From NCBI GenBank assembly GCA_964016885.1, contig OZ024742.1, positions 23,188,001-23,252,000 of the forward strand: a stretch of 64,000 bases of DNA, in the 5' to 3' direction. This DNA is from Eledone cirrhosa (Eukaryota). Shown one piece after another: positions 53,185 to 64,000 of this stretch. The notes beneath the pieces were generated by a model. It had not been told where the DNA came from. It did no database searches and saw only the letters and a list, made by a program, of their open reading frames with translations. Made by a program: the position numbers and the translations under genes. Each line of letters begins with the position of its first letter. Position 1 is the stretch's first letter.

Positions 53185-53237
53185 GGGATCGTCCTGACGA
53201 ACGCCAGTTAAGCCTGAAATGCATAGACGGTTGTCCC
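53185..53237 (+). ncRNA. Type I hammerhead ribozyme (family F)
   Basis: gggatcgtc CTGACGA acgc-cagttaa-gcct GAAA tgca TA gacggttgtccc. Palindromic stem III ATGCAT. Confidence 0.78.
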
Positions 53238-53707
53238 GCTCGCTTCTGCTGGTTATCACCAGAGGGCGTTAACTCCCCGGTCTTTGCATAGCTACGGCTT
53301 CCTAAAACCGTATTTCTTTAGAAATACGAAATTTCTATACATAGAATATATATTATAATTTATTTCGTTTTTATCATTTATTTTGTTTGACCTGTTTAGC
53401 TTTATCTGTATTGAGGGGTAGGTGGTTAATGCCTTCTTGACCACTTTTTCAGTTGAAGAAGAGAATTGGCTGTGTAGTTGCTATACAAGTTATGCTTAAA
53501 AATAATAATAAGAAGAAAACCAGAACGGGGGGGGGGATTTATCCCATCAGTTGTCTTCCGGGGGACCGGGTATTTCTACACATTAAATATTAAAGACAAG
53601 ATATCTTCTCCCAGTGTGTTCAATAACTAGGTAAATTATTGGTAAACCGAAGGAGGGAGGGAAAGAAAATATAGGATAACAGAAAGGAAAAACAGAGAAG
53701 AGATAAA

Positions 53708-53762
<55 letters not shown>

Positions 53763-53946
53763 CAAAGAAAAAACAAAACTGATGTGAAAAGTCTTAGTAC
53801 AAATATAGAGACAAGATCACAAAGATAGATACAGAAAATAAAATGATGTCCCTTTCTTATAAAATGAAACAAGTAAACATTTTCTTGCAGTAAAAAATTG
53901 TCATGACGGATCTATATCAAAACTTCCGTGCATGTCAATATTATAA

Positions 53947-54133
53947 TTGTTTCGACTTGTGGCACAAGGCCAACAATTATCTCAGTGTAGTACTGGTACT
54001 TTATTTCATTGACCCCGTAAGGATGAAAGGCAAAATTAACCTCGGCAGGATTTGAACTCAGACAGAAAAGGGACGTAACTCTATGCTGAAAAGCATGGCG
54101 CCAGAATCTCTACTGATACTGCCAATCCATCGT
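53947..54133 (-). mobile_element. SINE family 1
   Basis: Reverse complement of the consensus. Confidence 0.85.
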
Positions 54134-54377
54134 CAATATATTATAATAATAGTTTCTAAGTTTGTCAGAATACCAATAATTTAGAGAGGATGAGTACATC
54201 CATTACATTCATCCCTACGTAAACAAAGTAAGCAAAACATTTGAGGATTAATTCCATTCTCAAGGCGTCCTCAAATTAATGTTTATAAACTTATTGCGTT
54301 TAATATAATTTATATTAAATATTCAAGTACAAGGGAACGTATTATATACGTTTCAAGGTTTCAATGTTCTAAATATT

Positions 54378-54586
54378 GGGCGGTGGATTGGCATAAGGGC
54401 GGTGGATTGGCAGTATCGGCAGAGGGTCGGACACCATGCTTTGCAGCAAAGAGTTACGGCCCTTTATGGTCTGAGTTCAAATCAGGCCGAGGTTAAATTT
54501 GCCTTTCATCCTTACGGGGGTCGATAAAATAAAGTACCAGTAATACACTGGAATAATTGCTGGCCTTGTGCAAAAAGTAGAAACAA
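54378..54586 (+). mobile_element. SINE family 1 with duplicated 5' end
   Basis: gggcggtggattggca occurs twice at the head. Confidence 0.85.
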
Positions 54587-54787
54587 ATATTCTAAATATC
54601 ACATAGCCATTGATCGCTTATAGCAAGAATATCAGACTAGTTATTATGTTATATTATATTTTGAAATATATTAATTGAAATATATATACACATTAAAAAC
54701 TATATTTATGTATAAATACACAACATAACCTTGGGTGAAATTATAATTGAGTGTATTAGTACGACATATTGAAAACTAAAAGGGATG

Positions 54788-54858
<71 letters not shown>

Positions 54859-54934
54859 AAAGAGTGAGCGAGAAAGAGAACGATATAAACAGATATGTAC
54901 GTATACACGCGCGCGCACACACACACAAACACAA

Positions 54935-54986
<52 letters not shown>

Positions 54987-55399
54987 CAAAGGAATTGTGG
55001 TAAGGAACCAAATAGACCATAACGCGCCAGAGTACTCAATACTTAGTTTATATATATATATGTGTGTGTGTTCGTGTATTCATGTATGTATGTCTAGTTT
55101 AATTTTGTTTTGAGATATGATATAGTATGATAGACAAAACACAATATCTATTATTAAACTGCAGTGGACAAAATAATTTTGCACAAAAGTATTCATACAA
55201 TTTACAACTTGGAAAATCTACACATTGAGATTATTCCGAATAAGCGTTAATGTTATACACACTGTCTGACTAAAACATTATATTCCTAGTACTGTCTGCC
55301 CCAAAATCAATGTAACTCAAGTAAGCTGAAATCTTCAGTTGTTAAATATAAAGTTTGCCTCTGGAAATTATAGCACCAAAATTATTTCAGATGTTTAAA

Positions 55400-55822
55400 T
55401 ATTTTTTTACGATATATATTTAGATATTTTTTTACGATATATATTTAGTTATTTTTTTACGATATACGTTTAGATATATTTTCATGATATATGATTAAAT
55501 ATTTTTTACGATATATGTTTACATATTTTTTTATAATATATGTTTAAATATATTTATATATATTTTTACGACGTTTATATATATTTTTACGATGTATATT
55601 TATATATATTTTTACGATTTATATTTTTACGATATATATTTATATATATATATTTACGATATATATTAACGATATATGTTTATTTATATTTTTATGTTAT
55701 ATACTTAGATATTTTTAAAGATATATATTTAGATGTAATTTTTCGATATATATTTATATAGGTGTTTTGCAATATATAATTATGTATGTTTTTTGCAATA
55801 TATATTTATGAATGTTTTTACT
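55400..55822. repeat. AT-rich degenerate minisatellite (tttttacgatatatatttagata)
   Basis: Directly visible. Confidence 0.75.
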
Positions 55823-58800
55823 TAAATAATTATGATTGAATCGATTAGATATCGAACAAGATGATGATGATTCATCATATACGGTCTGCGTGGCTAGAAT
55901 GGATCTCCTTTGGTTTCGATGTTAGTAATCCAATAGTTCGATCAACGGAAAAGAAACCTGATCAAATTCACGTACATTCCACATACACGAGTATCATTTA
56001 TGTAATTCTCAGGAATATTCAGCGCATCACAGCTAGACCATTGATACGTAGGTCCAGTCCACATGTCCTAATAGTTTCCAAATTTCACTCACAAGGAATG
56101 AGTCGACCCCAGTTCATGATAAATGACACTTGCCTAAAACTCCCCGCGTTGAAAACCAACCCGGGACCTAATGAAAGCGAAACGACTTTCTCAACCATTC
56201 GGCTGTGCTTCGGTTACATTTTGTGACAGTAGTCAAAATATCAAAAATGTGAATTAATGAATGCAGTTAAATGGTAATATGTACCAGCGGGATAACATTT
56301 GTCTTTCCTATTTGGTGGATGTTGCGGTCGGGTTCGGTATCTCGAGTTTGATGTGGTTAGTGATCCGTTTAAGGGATGCCGAATTCAGGGAATGGGTCGC
56401 AGACTCGTGTGCCTATGTGTGTGTGTGTATTTCGATATAGAATTAATACTTTGTAGCATACATATTTTCATATGGTTTAATACCTCTGACAGAAGCTGAC
56501 AGCAGTCAACCTCGGCGTGAGACGCATCTCTCCACTGTGTAACGTCAGAGGAAACCAAGCACATATAGTTTAGATCAGGCATGAGCAGACTTTTCGAGAA
56601 GCGGCCGCCTGAGATATTGTTCATCATCAGGCGCGCCGCTAATTTACATTCTTGCCCACATTAAAAAAAGGTCGGATACTCAGGTTGTTTTGATTTTTTT
56701 CTTCAGAATTCGTACACGTTGTTTTCCTCGATCGTAAAAATGTTAGAAAGATAAATTATGGCTGAATAGTTGGAATAAAAAATCGGAAATATTTCACTTA
56801 GGTGACTTAGGTGAGTCATTCAGAAAGCTTCGAGGGCCGTAGGTTTTTTTTCATTCTCTATAATCAATGTTTTTACATATAATTTCCAAATTCATGCTAC
56901 GGTATAAGTTTCTGTAAGGTCAAAGGAAGAGCGTTGTGTTTCATAAAAGCAATAGTTTTGTTTCCACATATTTGCTGAATGTTAAGTAGAGATAAATAAA
57001 ATATAAATATATGTTGAGTAATCAAAAGTTGTATAGACAGTCATGGGTTATTCCAAACTAACGACAATTAGACGATAACAAACCATTAATCCGAACAATA
57101 TGTAATCAATAATTTATCTCACGATTCCATCAGGAATTTTTATATAATCAACATAAATTCAAATCTATGTTCGCCGTCTTTCCTCGACTTCCGTACTCCT
57201 GATATGTAATAAAGAATTCCTTTTATCTTTAAATTACTTTTTGTGTGAGTGTATTTGCGTAAGTTTTTGTGTATTTGAGTGTATGTGTCTGCGTCTTTGA
57301 GTGTTTTTATGTGTGTGTATGTGTATATGTGTGTTTGTGTGTGTGTGTGTGATATTACAAGAATTTAGCTTGCACTCCGGTTTAAATAATATATAATATA
57401 ATGCAAAGATTACTGGTGCACATATACTGATAGAATCTTTAAAATATTTTACAAGGATAATACCATAGAATATCTTATCATATCATGACTATATATACAT
57501 ACATACACACATGCAAACACACACATACATATATGTATGTATATATATATATATATATAAACATAGGTAATTGTCTAAGTTATGTTTATCTGTTTTTCAT
57601 TTATAATTACTCTAATGTCATTCTTGTATTTCTAATATTTACTTATATAACATATTGCTTATATATTGTTTGTTCTGTTTTGTTTCTCTTTGAGAATTTA
57701 TCTCTTAGATAAATAACTGCATTGATTTTTGTATTTCACCAAAACTCATTGTCATTTCTTCTTGTGTTCTTGGTGAACTGAATCGAGAATTTGTAACCAA
57801 TAAACTAAATTTATTTTAAATACAAGAGTAAATCACACATTTTTTGAAATAAAAATGAGAAAAAGAATTGTTGCTGTATAATGGTAATTTCCTCATTCAG
57901 GTCAAACTAGAAAAGCAACAGTATCTCTTCAACACTCCCACTTTCCATATCTCATCATTATCATGTTCCCTCAACTGGTGAAGCCAGTCGTTGGGGTGCC
58001 TCCGTAGATGCATTTGCACTCAGTTATCGCCATTGGTCTCTATTTTCCGTCATGCGTAGAATGATCTAGGTATTGTGACCAGTCCAGCTGATTTCTCTCA
58101 GAGAAGAGATGGGAGTAAGAGAAAGAAGGGGGAGAGAGAGAGAGTATAAACAAGAGGTATAGATGAAAGATCGACCCTAGTACTGAACTGATACCGTTTT
58201 TATCGACCGCGAAAAGATACAAAGCAAAGTTGCCCTCGGCGGTATTTGAACTTAGAACCCGGGAGAAACGGAGCGAATAGGGCAAGGCATTCCGTTCGTC
58301 ATGCCAATTCACAGCCGTATGTTGTTAAATACAATTTAAATTTGTTTCTTTAGTATCGAATCTTCCATTTAATTCTGAAACCTTTAGTTTAAGGGATTAC
58401 GTAAAGTATAATCACATGATAGATTTCCATAGAAAATAATCATGCACATGTGAATAATCGTTGATTTTAGCGGATTCAACTAGTTACGATTCAATAGAAA
58501 TACATACTATAAAACAGAAATCATATATCAAGAAGGCAACACCTCTTCTGTTAATACACTTTATAGTAAAACATGTGCACACTCTTCAGCAATCTATTGC
58601 TCTTTTGTTAGGTGAAATATCCTTGTATAGTCGATCATTTGCAAAGTGAATATTGTCTGAGTTTCTATTATGAGAAGCAAAACACCTTGTGAAAGAGAAA
58701 CAACTTAAAACAAAATATACTCTTACTAAGTAGATCTCGTTCTAATCTCCAAATCTCTCAACATTCATCTACAAAGCTCTTTTCTTTATGTCTATGTGAA

Positions 58801-60483
58801 TTATTTATTCTCTTAACTCAGAACATTCTGATAGCTGCCATTTGTTTCTGGTGACATTTATACGAGAGATAAGATAAGAAGGAAAACAACTGTTTTCTCT
58901 TTACACGTCCACTACTTACAACAGAAACAAAATATCGTGAACATTACAACAAGAGTTCCTTCTGTTTAAGTTACATGGGTCAAAGGATTGAGAAAACTAC
59001 AAAGACACGGTTCAGAGGTAGAGCAGTAAAATAATGAAATATTGGAGACTATCTAATGACCTCGGAGAATAGGTTTCCTTGCAATAAATAATACATTCAC
59101 TGTCCGTATATATTTATAATAATATCAAAAGTAAATAAAAGAAATATTACTTATTCTGAAACAAGATGGACACAAAGAATATAAGGTTATCTGACAGTGA
59201 AGTTGAATAAACCTTTCATGGCAGGGAAACCTTTAAAGGTTCATAAAAGAAACACTTAGGAAGAGAACATAGTTACCAACTTTTCTGTAGATCATCTGAC
59301 GGTTAGTAGATGAAATAAATATCATGGTGATTATTAATGTATTTAGTTTATATTTCTACATTCATGTTTCAGTAAGAAATGTTGGTAAGTCTATGATGAA
59401 AGACATTCCAGCTTTGACCATCCAGTCTTTTTACTATTATGAAAATAGTGTTATATTTGTAAGGCTACATATTCATTTACTATAGTGTTATTTGAACGAG
59501 ATTGTGTTCTGATATCTAGTAGGGTAGGTAATGATTTTGATTTATCGGGTTATCTATAGTTGTCTATTGCAGTTCAGCCGCCACTCAATTGAATTACGAT
59601 TAATCACAACCCGGCCACGAGCATACTATCTGACCATAGTCAATGTGGCACGGACTACACCAATACACCCGAAGGGTAGAGTGGTATTTGAGGAAGACGT
59701 GACACCAATTTCTAGAACATCGAGACATTAGTAGCAATTTCATTTATGATGTGATGGAAAATTAAAACACCTGACAAGCTGTTATATAGATTTTGTTTTG
59801 TGAAATTTATTTAAACAAACATTTTTATGTCAACTATATTTTACAAACAAAAGCTATGCAATGATGGAAAATATTACAATAGAATAAAAAAACATAAGTA
59901 AGTAATCTAGCACAAGGGGAGAAGGGGTAAAGAAGGGCTGATCTGGGTGTATGTGAAAGTAAAGAAGAAAAATGCCGTACATGAGACGAAAGGAGGAAAA
60001 GAGAAAATACTATAGGGAAAGGGAAAGGACTATTTGGGGATGATGAAAGAGATGAGAAATATGAGAGGGTGACAGACACTACACTTACGTCAGGGCCTTT
60101 ATATTATATAAATACGTTGCCTGACAAGGTCTAGAGAAACCTTGTGAGCGAAATAGGGTAGACTTAAACAGTTCTGATGCCGGTCGGATTGAGGGAAGAA
60201 TAACAAGAAATACTGCTCGAAAGTAGAAATCTTTCTCTGAAAATAGTGACTCTCACTACATTATGACTGATATAGTAATTGTAAAATTTACTGAGAATGA
60301 ATAAAATGTATTCAGAGAGGAAACTGAAGTCTGAATGAAATTGAAGAATTGAGAAGTAGGAGGGAAAGGAGGATATTAATGAGGGGGTGAAGGAAGAGAC
60401 GGAAGCAGAAAGAGTTAGAAATGAATACAAATTGTGTGTGTGTGTGTATTATGTATATATATATATATACCTACATACATACA

Positions 60484-60515
<32 letters not shown>

Positions 60516-60635
60516 CATATATATACTCACATATATATAAGTGTGTGTGTGTATATATGTGTATATATATATGTGTGTATGTATGTATATTTATGGGCGG
60601 AAAGTAGGTAGTTATGTCTGTAGCTGTGTGTATAC

Positions 60636-60666
<31 letters not shown>

Positions 60667-61134
60667 GAGAGAAAAAAAGAGAGATTGAGAGAGAAAGAAA
60701 GAAAGGCAGTAAGAGGTGAGGGGGAAAATTGAACTGCGTGTCTTAAATAAACTTTGTATAATCGATTACTTTATCTTCTTTCATGCTGTATTTGTGTATA
60801 GAATATATATATAAAAGAAACACTTCTAATAGAGACTTCAGAGAAAACTTAAGACAATGAAGTCATTTACAATGATTGACCAAATATAGAGTTATGAAGC
60901 TTTCAACATTCACTCCAACAATAACAACAACAACAGTAACGGAAGAAACAACACGAACTACGAGAAAATCAACACCGAAATATAATAGTAAAACAGCTCT
61001 ACATCTATATGAAATCAAATTGCTCGAAAAGAACCCCAACACACACACACACACACACACGCACGCACGGACACATACATACACACTTACAAACACGCAC
61101 ACACACACACATATATAAATAAATATATATAGAA

Positions 61135-61165
<31 letters not shown>

Positions 61166-61280
61166 CACACACACACACACACATGCATACACACATACAG
61201 ACACGCACACAGACGCACACTCACATACATACACACATATACACACACGCACACACACATATATATATAAATATATATAG

Positions 61281-61329
<49 letters not shown>

Positions 61330-61579
61330 CACACACACACATACATGCACAGACAGATACAGATACAGACACAGACACAAATAAAAACATTTGACCGTAA
61401 TTAATCCGTCCAGAGAAAAAAGTGCTGCAACTGAAGACGCTCTAAAACCCTGGGCATATAGGAAAACGCTCATGGTCCCTAATTTTTGTTATTGACTTTA
61501 ATCAATAAATAAGTCGCACTATTGTACGGATTTCCTTGAATATGTCCCCATCCAATTCTATTGTTTATTATATTTGGCC

Positions 61580-61940
61580 CGTGTCGGACGCCATGCTTTG
61601 ACGCATAGAGTTACGGCCCTTGCCATTCTGTGTTCAAATCCCGCAGAGGTTAACTTTGCCTTTCAAACTTACGGGGTCGATAAAATAAAGTACCAGTAAT
61701 GCACTGTTATGATTGCTGGCCTTGTGCCAAAAGTAGAAACAATTATATTTGGCCGGTGGATTCGCAGTATCGGTAGAGCGTCGGACGCCATGCTTTGCAG
61801 CAAAGAGTTACTGCCCTTTATGGTCTGAGTTCAAATCCCGCGCAGGTTAACTTTGCCTTTCGTCATTACGGGGTCGATAAAATAAAGTACCAGTAATGCA
61901 CTGTTATGATTGCTGGCCTTGTGCCAAAAGTAGAAACAAT
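61580..61940 (+). mobile_element. Tandem dimer of SINE family 1
   Basis: Copies at 61580-61743 and 61750-61940, each followed by the same atta.tttggcc.gt linker. Confidence 0.85.
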
Positions 61941-61969
61941 TATTTTTGGCCGGTCAGAGGGATTGCAGT

Positions 61970-62300
61970 TTATGTCGTCAGAAATCAGCTTGATATAGGT
62001 CTTGGCTCATCGTTCTCTGCTCTCTTGCTTGTGGAGTCTCCCACAAAAAACATCACTAACAATTTCATTTTTAACTCCCCCAGCAATGCCCCGCGAATCT
62101 GATATGAGATAAGGTTCATATTCTGTTGCTCATTGGTCAGACGGTTTCTCTCCAAGTGAAAATCAAAGCCACATTTAGCATGCGAGCGTAGTTTCCATCA
62201 AATCGTCTTTCCAGCTTTGATGTAAGGCACAATGCTGCGTAGCCAAGGAAAGTAACACAGATAGCAGGTATTGAAAGAGGCTACTTTTCATGTCTGGAGT
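61970..62300 (-). pseudogene. Decayed RTE-clade LINE RT C-terminal remnant (probably extends toward ~62850)
   Basis: Manual minus-strand translation: GYAALCLTSKLERRFDGNYARMLNVALIFTWR and RFAGHCWGVKNEIVSDVF. Confidence 0.65.
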
Positions 62301-63178
62301 TTCGATATCCAAACCCACCTTTTTGAGAGACTTTCAATGACCGCAGTTCAATTTGGTAAACCCATGCATTCTTTCTGTGATGTAATTATAATTAAGACAG
62401 CACAACCATCTTAAACGTTGTTCGGTACATACCTACATTCTCTTAGCTACACTTGTTAGCTCATCAGTCACTATATCTTTGAAAATGAAATAGTCTTAGA
62501 GAAAATCTTTGAAACAGTTTCTTTAGCATATGTAGCCAGTGTTTAGGCAGGTGATTTCTTTATAGTATTTTCTGTATTAGCTTCAAATTTAACCTTATTA
62601 TGCCAACCCAAGACAGTACGCACTTATAAAAATGTATATTAATCATTTTTTGAAGTCCACTAACCTTTTGTGCCAGTATCCAATTATTAAGTCTCCTTTC
62701 GGTGCGTCTGTAATATGGAGCTTTCCCACAGCTTTAGTGAATCTTTCCAATTTGATTATGTAAGTATTACTGTGCTTGTTGTTTGACGGAGTGTTTCCAT
62801 GTCATTATAATCTTTCCTTTCCTTCCATATAATAGAGCAAAAGGATTTACGATCTTTCTGAAAATAGCATTTGTATATTAAGATAATGTTTGTCTACATT
62901 CTCCGATAAACAGCTTATGGATTAGAAAGCAAGCTTGTGGTTAATGGTGGCTTGTTGTAGAGTTTCCTTCTGATAACTAAGCTTTTTACTTAGCATCTTA
63001 AATCCATATTTTAAAGTAATTAATATTCATCTCCACTACATGGATATATGATCTACTTACAGAATTACTTAAGGCCCGGTCATTAACAGAGTAACAATAT
63101 TTACTTTTCTTGATACAATAAACTTTTAGGGATTTGTTTATTCTAGAAAGCTCAAATGGTGAACATTTTATAAATTCT

Positions 63179-63278
<100 letters not shown>

Positions 63279-63591
63279 TTTCTGTCTGTGGTGTGTATGT
63301 GTGGTGTGTGTGTGTGTGTACATTTCTTTTTTAATTTCTCATCCTATTTCTCGATGAAGGATTAGAGTCCGAAACGCTAAGGCACTTTTCTTAGTGCAAT
63401 GAAAAAATCTATTAGTTCTACGTTCGATATAGCGTAGTTTGCTTTGTCATTGTTGTTTGCCGTTTACATCTAAATAAATAAATATATATCTTATATCCAT
63501 AACATGGATATTTCATCTGAGGAAGAAACTGTCAGAATCGTCTTATTTCGTGAAATCTTGGGTAAGGGAATAATTAAATTGTGTTGTTTAT

Positions 63592-63639
<48 letters not shown>

Positions 63640-63651
63640 CATATATATATA

Positions 63652-63723
<72 letters not shown>

Positions 63724-63744
63724 TATATATATATATATATCTAT

Positions 63745-64000
63745 AGGCGGGTAAAATTCCCGAGATCCATGGACGAGTTCTCTCCAGCGGTCTCTGTCCC
63801 TCATTATCGCTGCCATGTCCTGCGTCTCCACCAGACCAGTGTCTGTCCTTAGGGCATCAACATACGTTAACCTTGGTCTTCCTCTTCCAGTGTGTCCATG
63901 TAGGGGCTCCCAAAGGAGCACTGAGTGCAATGTCAACGCTGGATGGGTCTGAGACTTGGACACTGACCAAGAAACTCACTCAGATGGTGGATGGGTGCTA
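63745..64000 (-). mobile_element. RTE-clade LINE 3' end, continuing beyond the window
   Basis: [28 protein letters not shown]...[11 protein letters not shown] is a typical RTE ORF C-terminus. Ends in (TA)n. Confidence 0.82.

Noticed and set aside
61425-61480. CTGAAGA...GAAAacgcTC
   Set aside because: Stems I and II do not pair convincingly.

Overview
AT-rich, microsatellite-dense eukaryotic DNA that looks like cephalopod (Octopus-like) intergenic or intronic sequence. The taxon is inferred from repeat style only. I could not support any host protein-coding gene, and almost all listed ORFs are microsatellite artefacts. Conventional content: a nearly full-length but frameshifted Tx1/L1-clade LINE (1-5303) ending in (ATCT)n, CR1- and RTE-type LINE remnants, about 20 tRNA-derived SINE copies from two families, several non-autonomous Helitron-like elements, and MITEs. 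The main signal is a dense set of type I hammerhead ribozyme (HHR) motifs: about 20 intact or degenerate cores from at least 8 unrelated sequence families. They include (i) a ~425-445 bp non-coding, hairpin-rich tandem repeat with one HHR per unit at two loci (6.7-9.0 kb and 51.7-52.9 kb), a candidate retrozyme or viroid-like circRNA family; (ii) two Penelope-like elements with inverted HHR-bearing pseudo-LTRs, one retaining a GIY-YIG remnant; and (iii) several short HHR palindromes. Wherever polarity can be read, the arms are joined 5'-to-5' and the 3' ends point outward, mostly into (TA)n. This suggests one (TA)n-targeting, Penelope-driven mobilisation system. All structures were read by eye and none was folded computationally.
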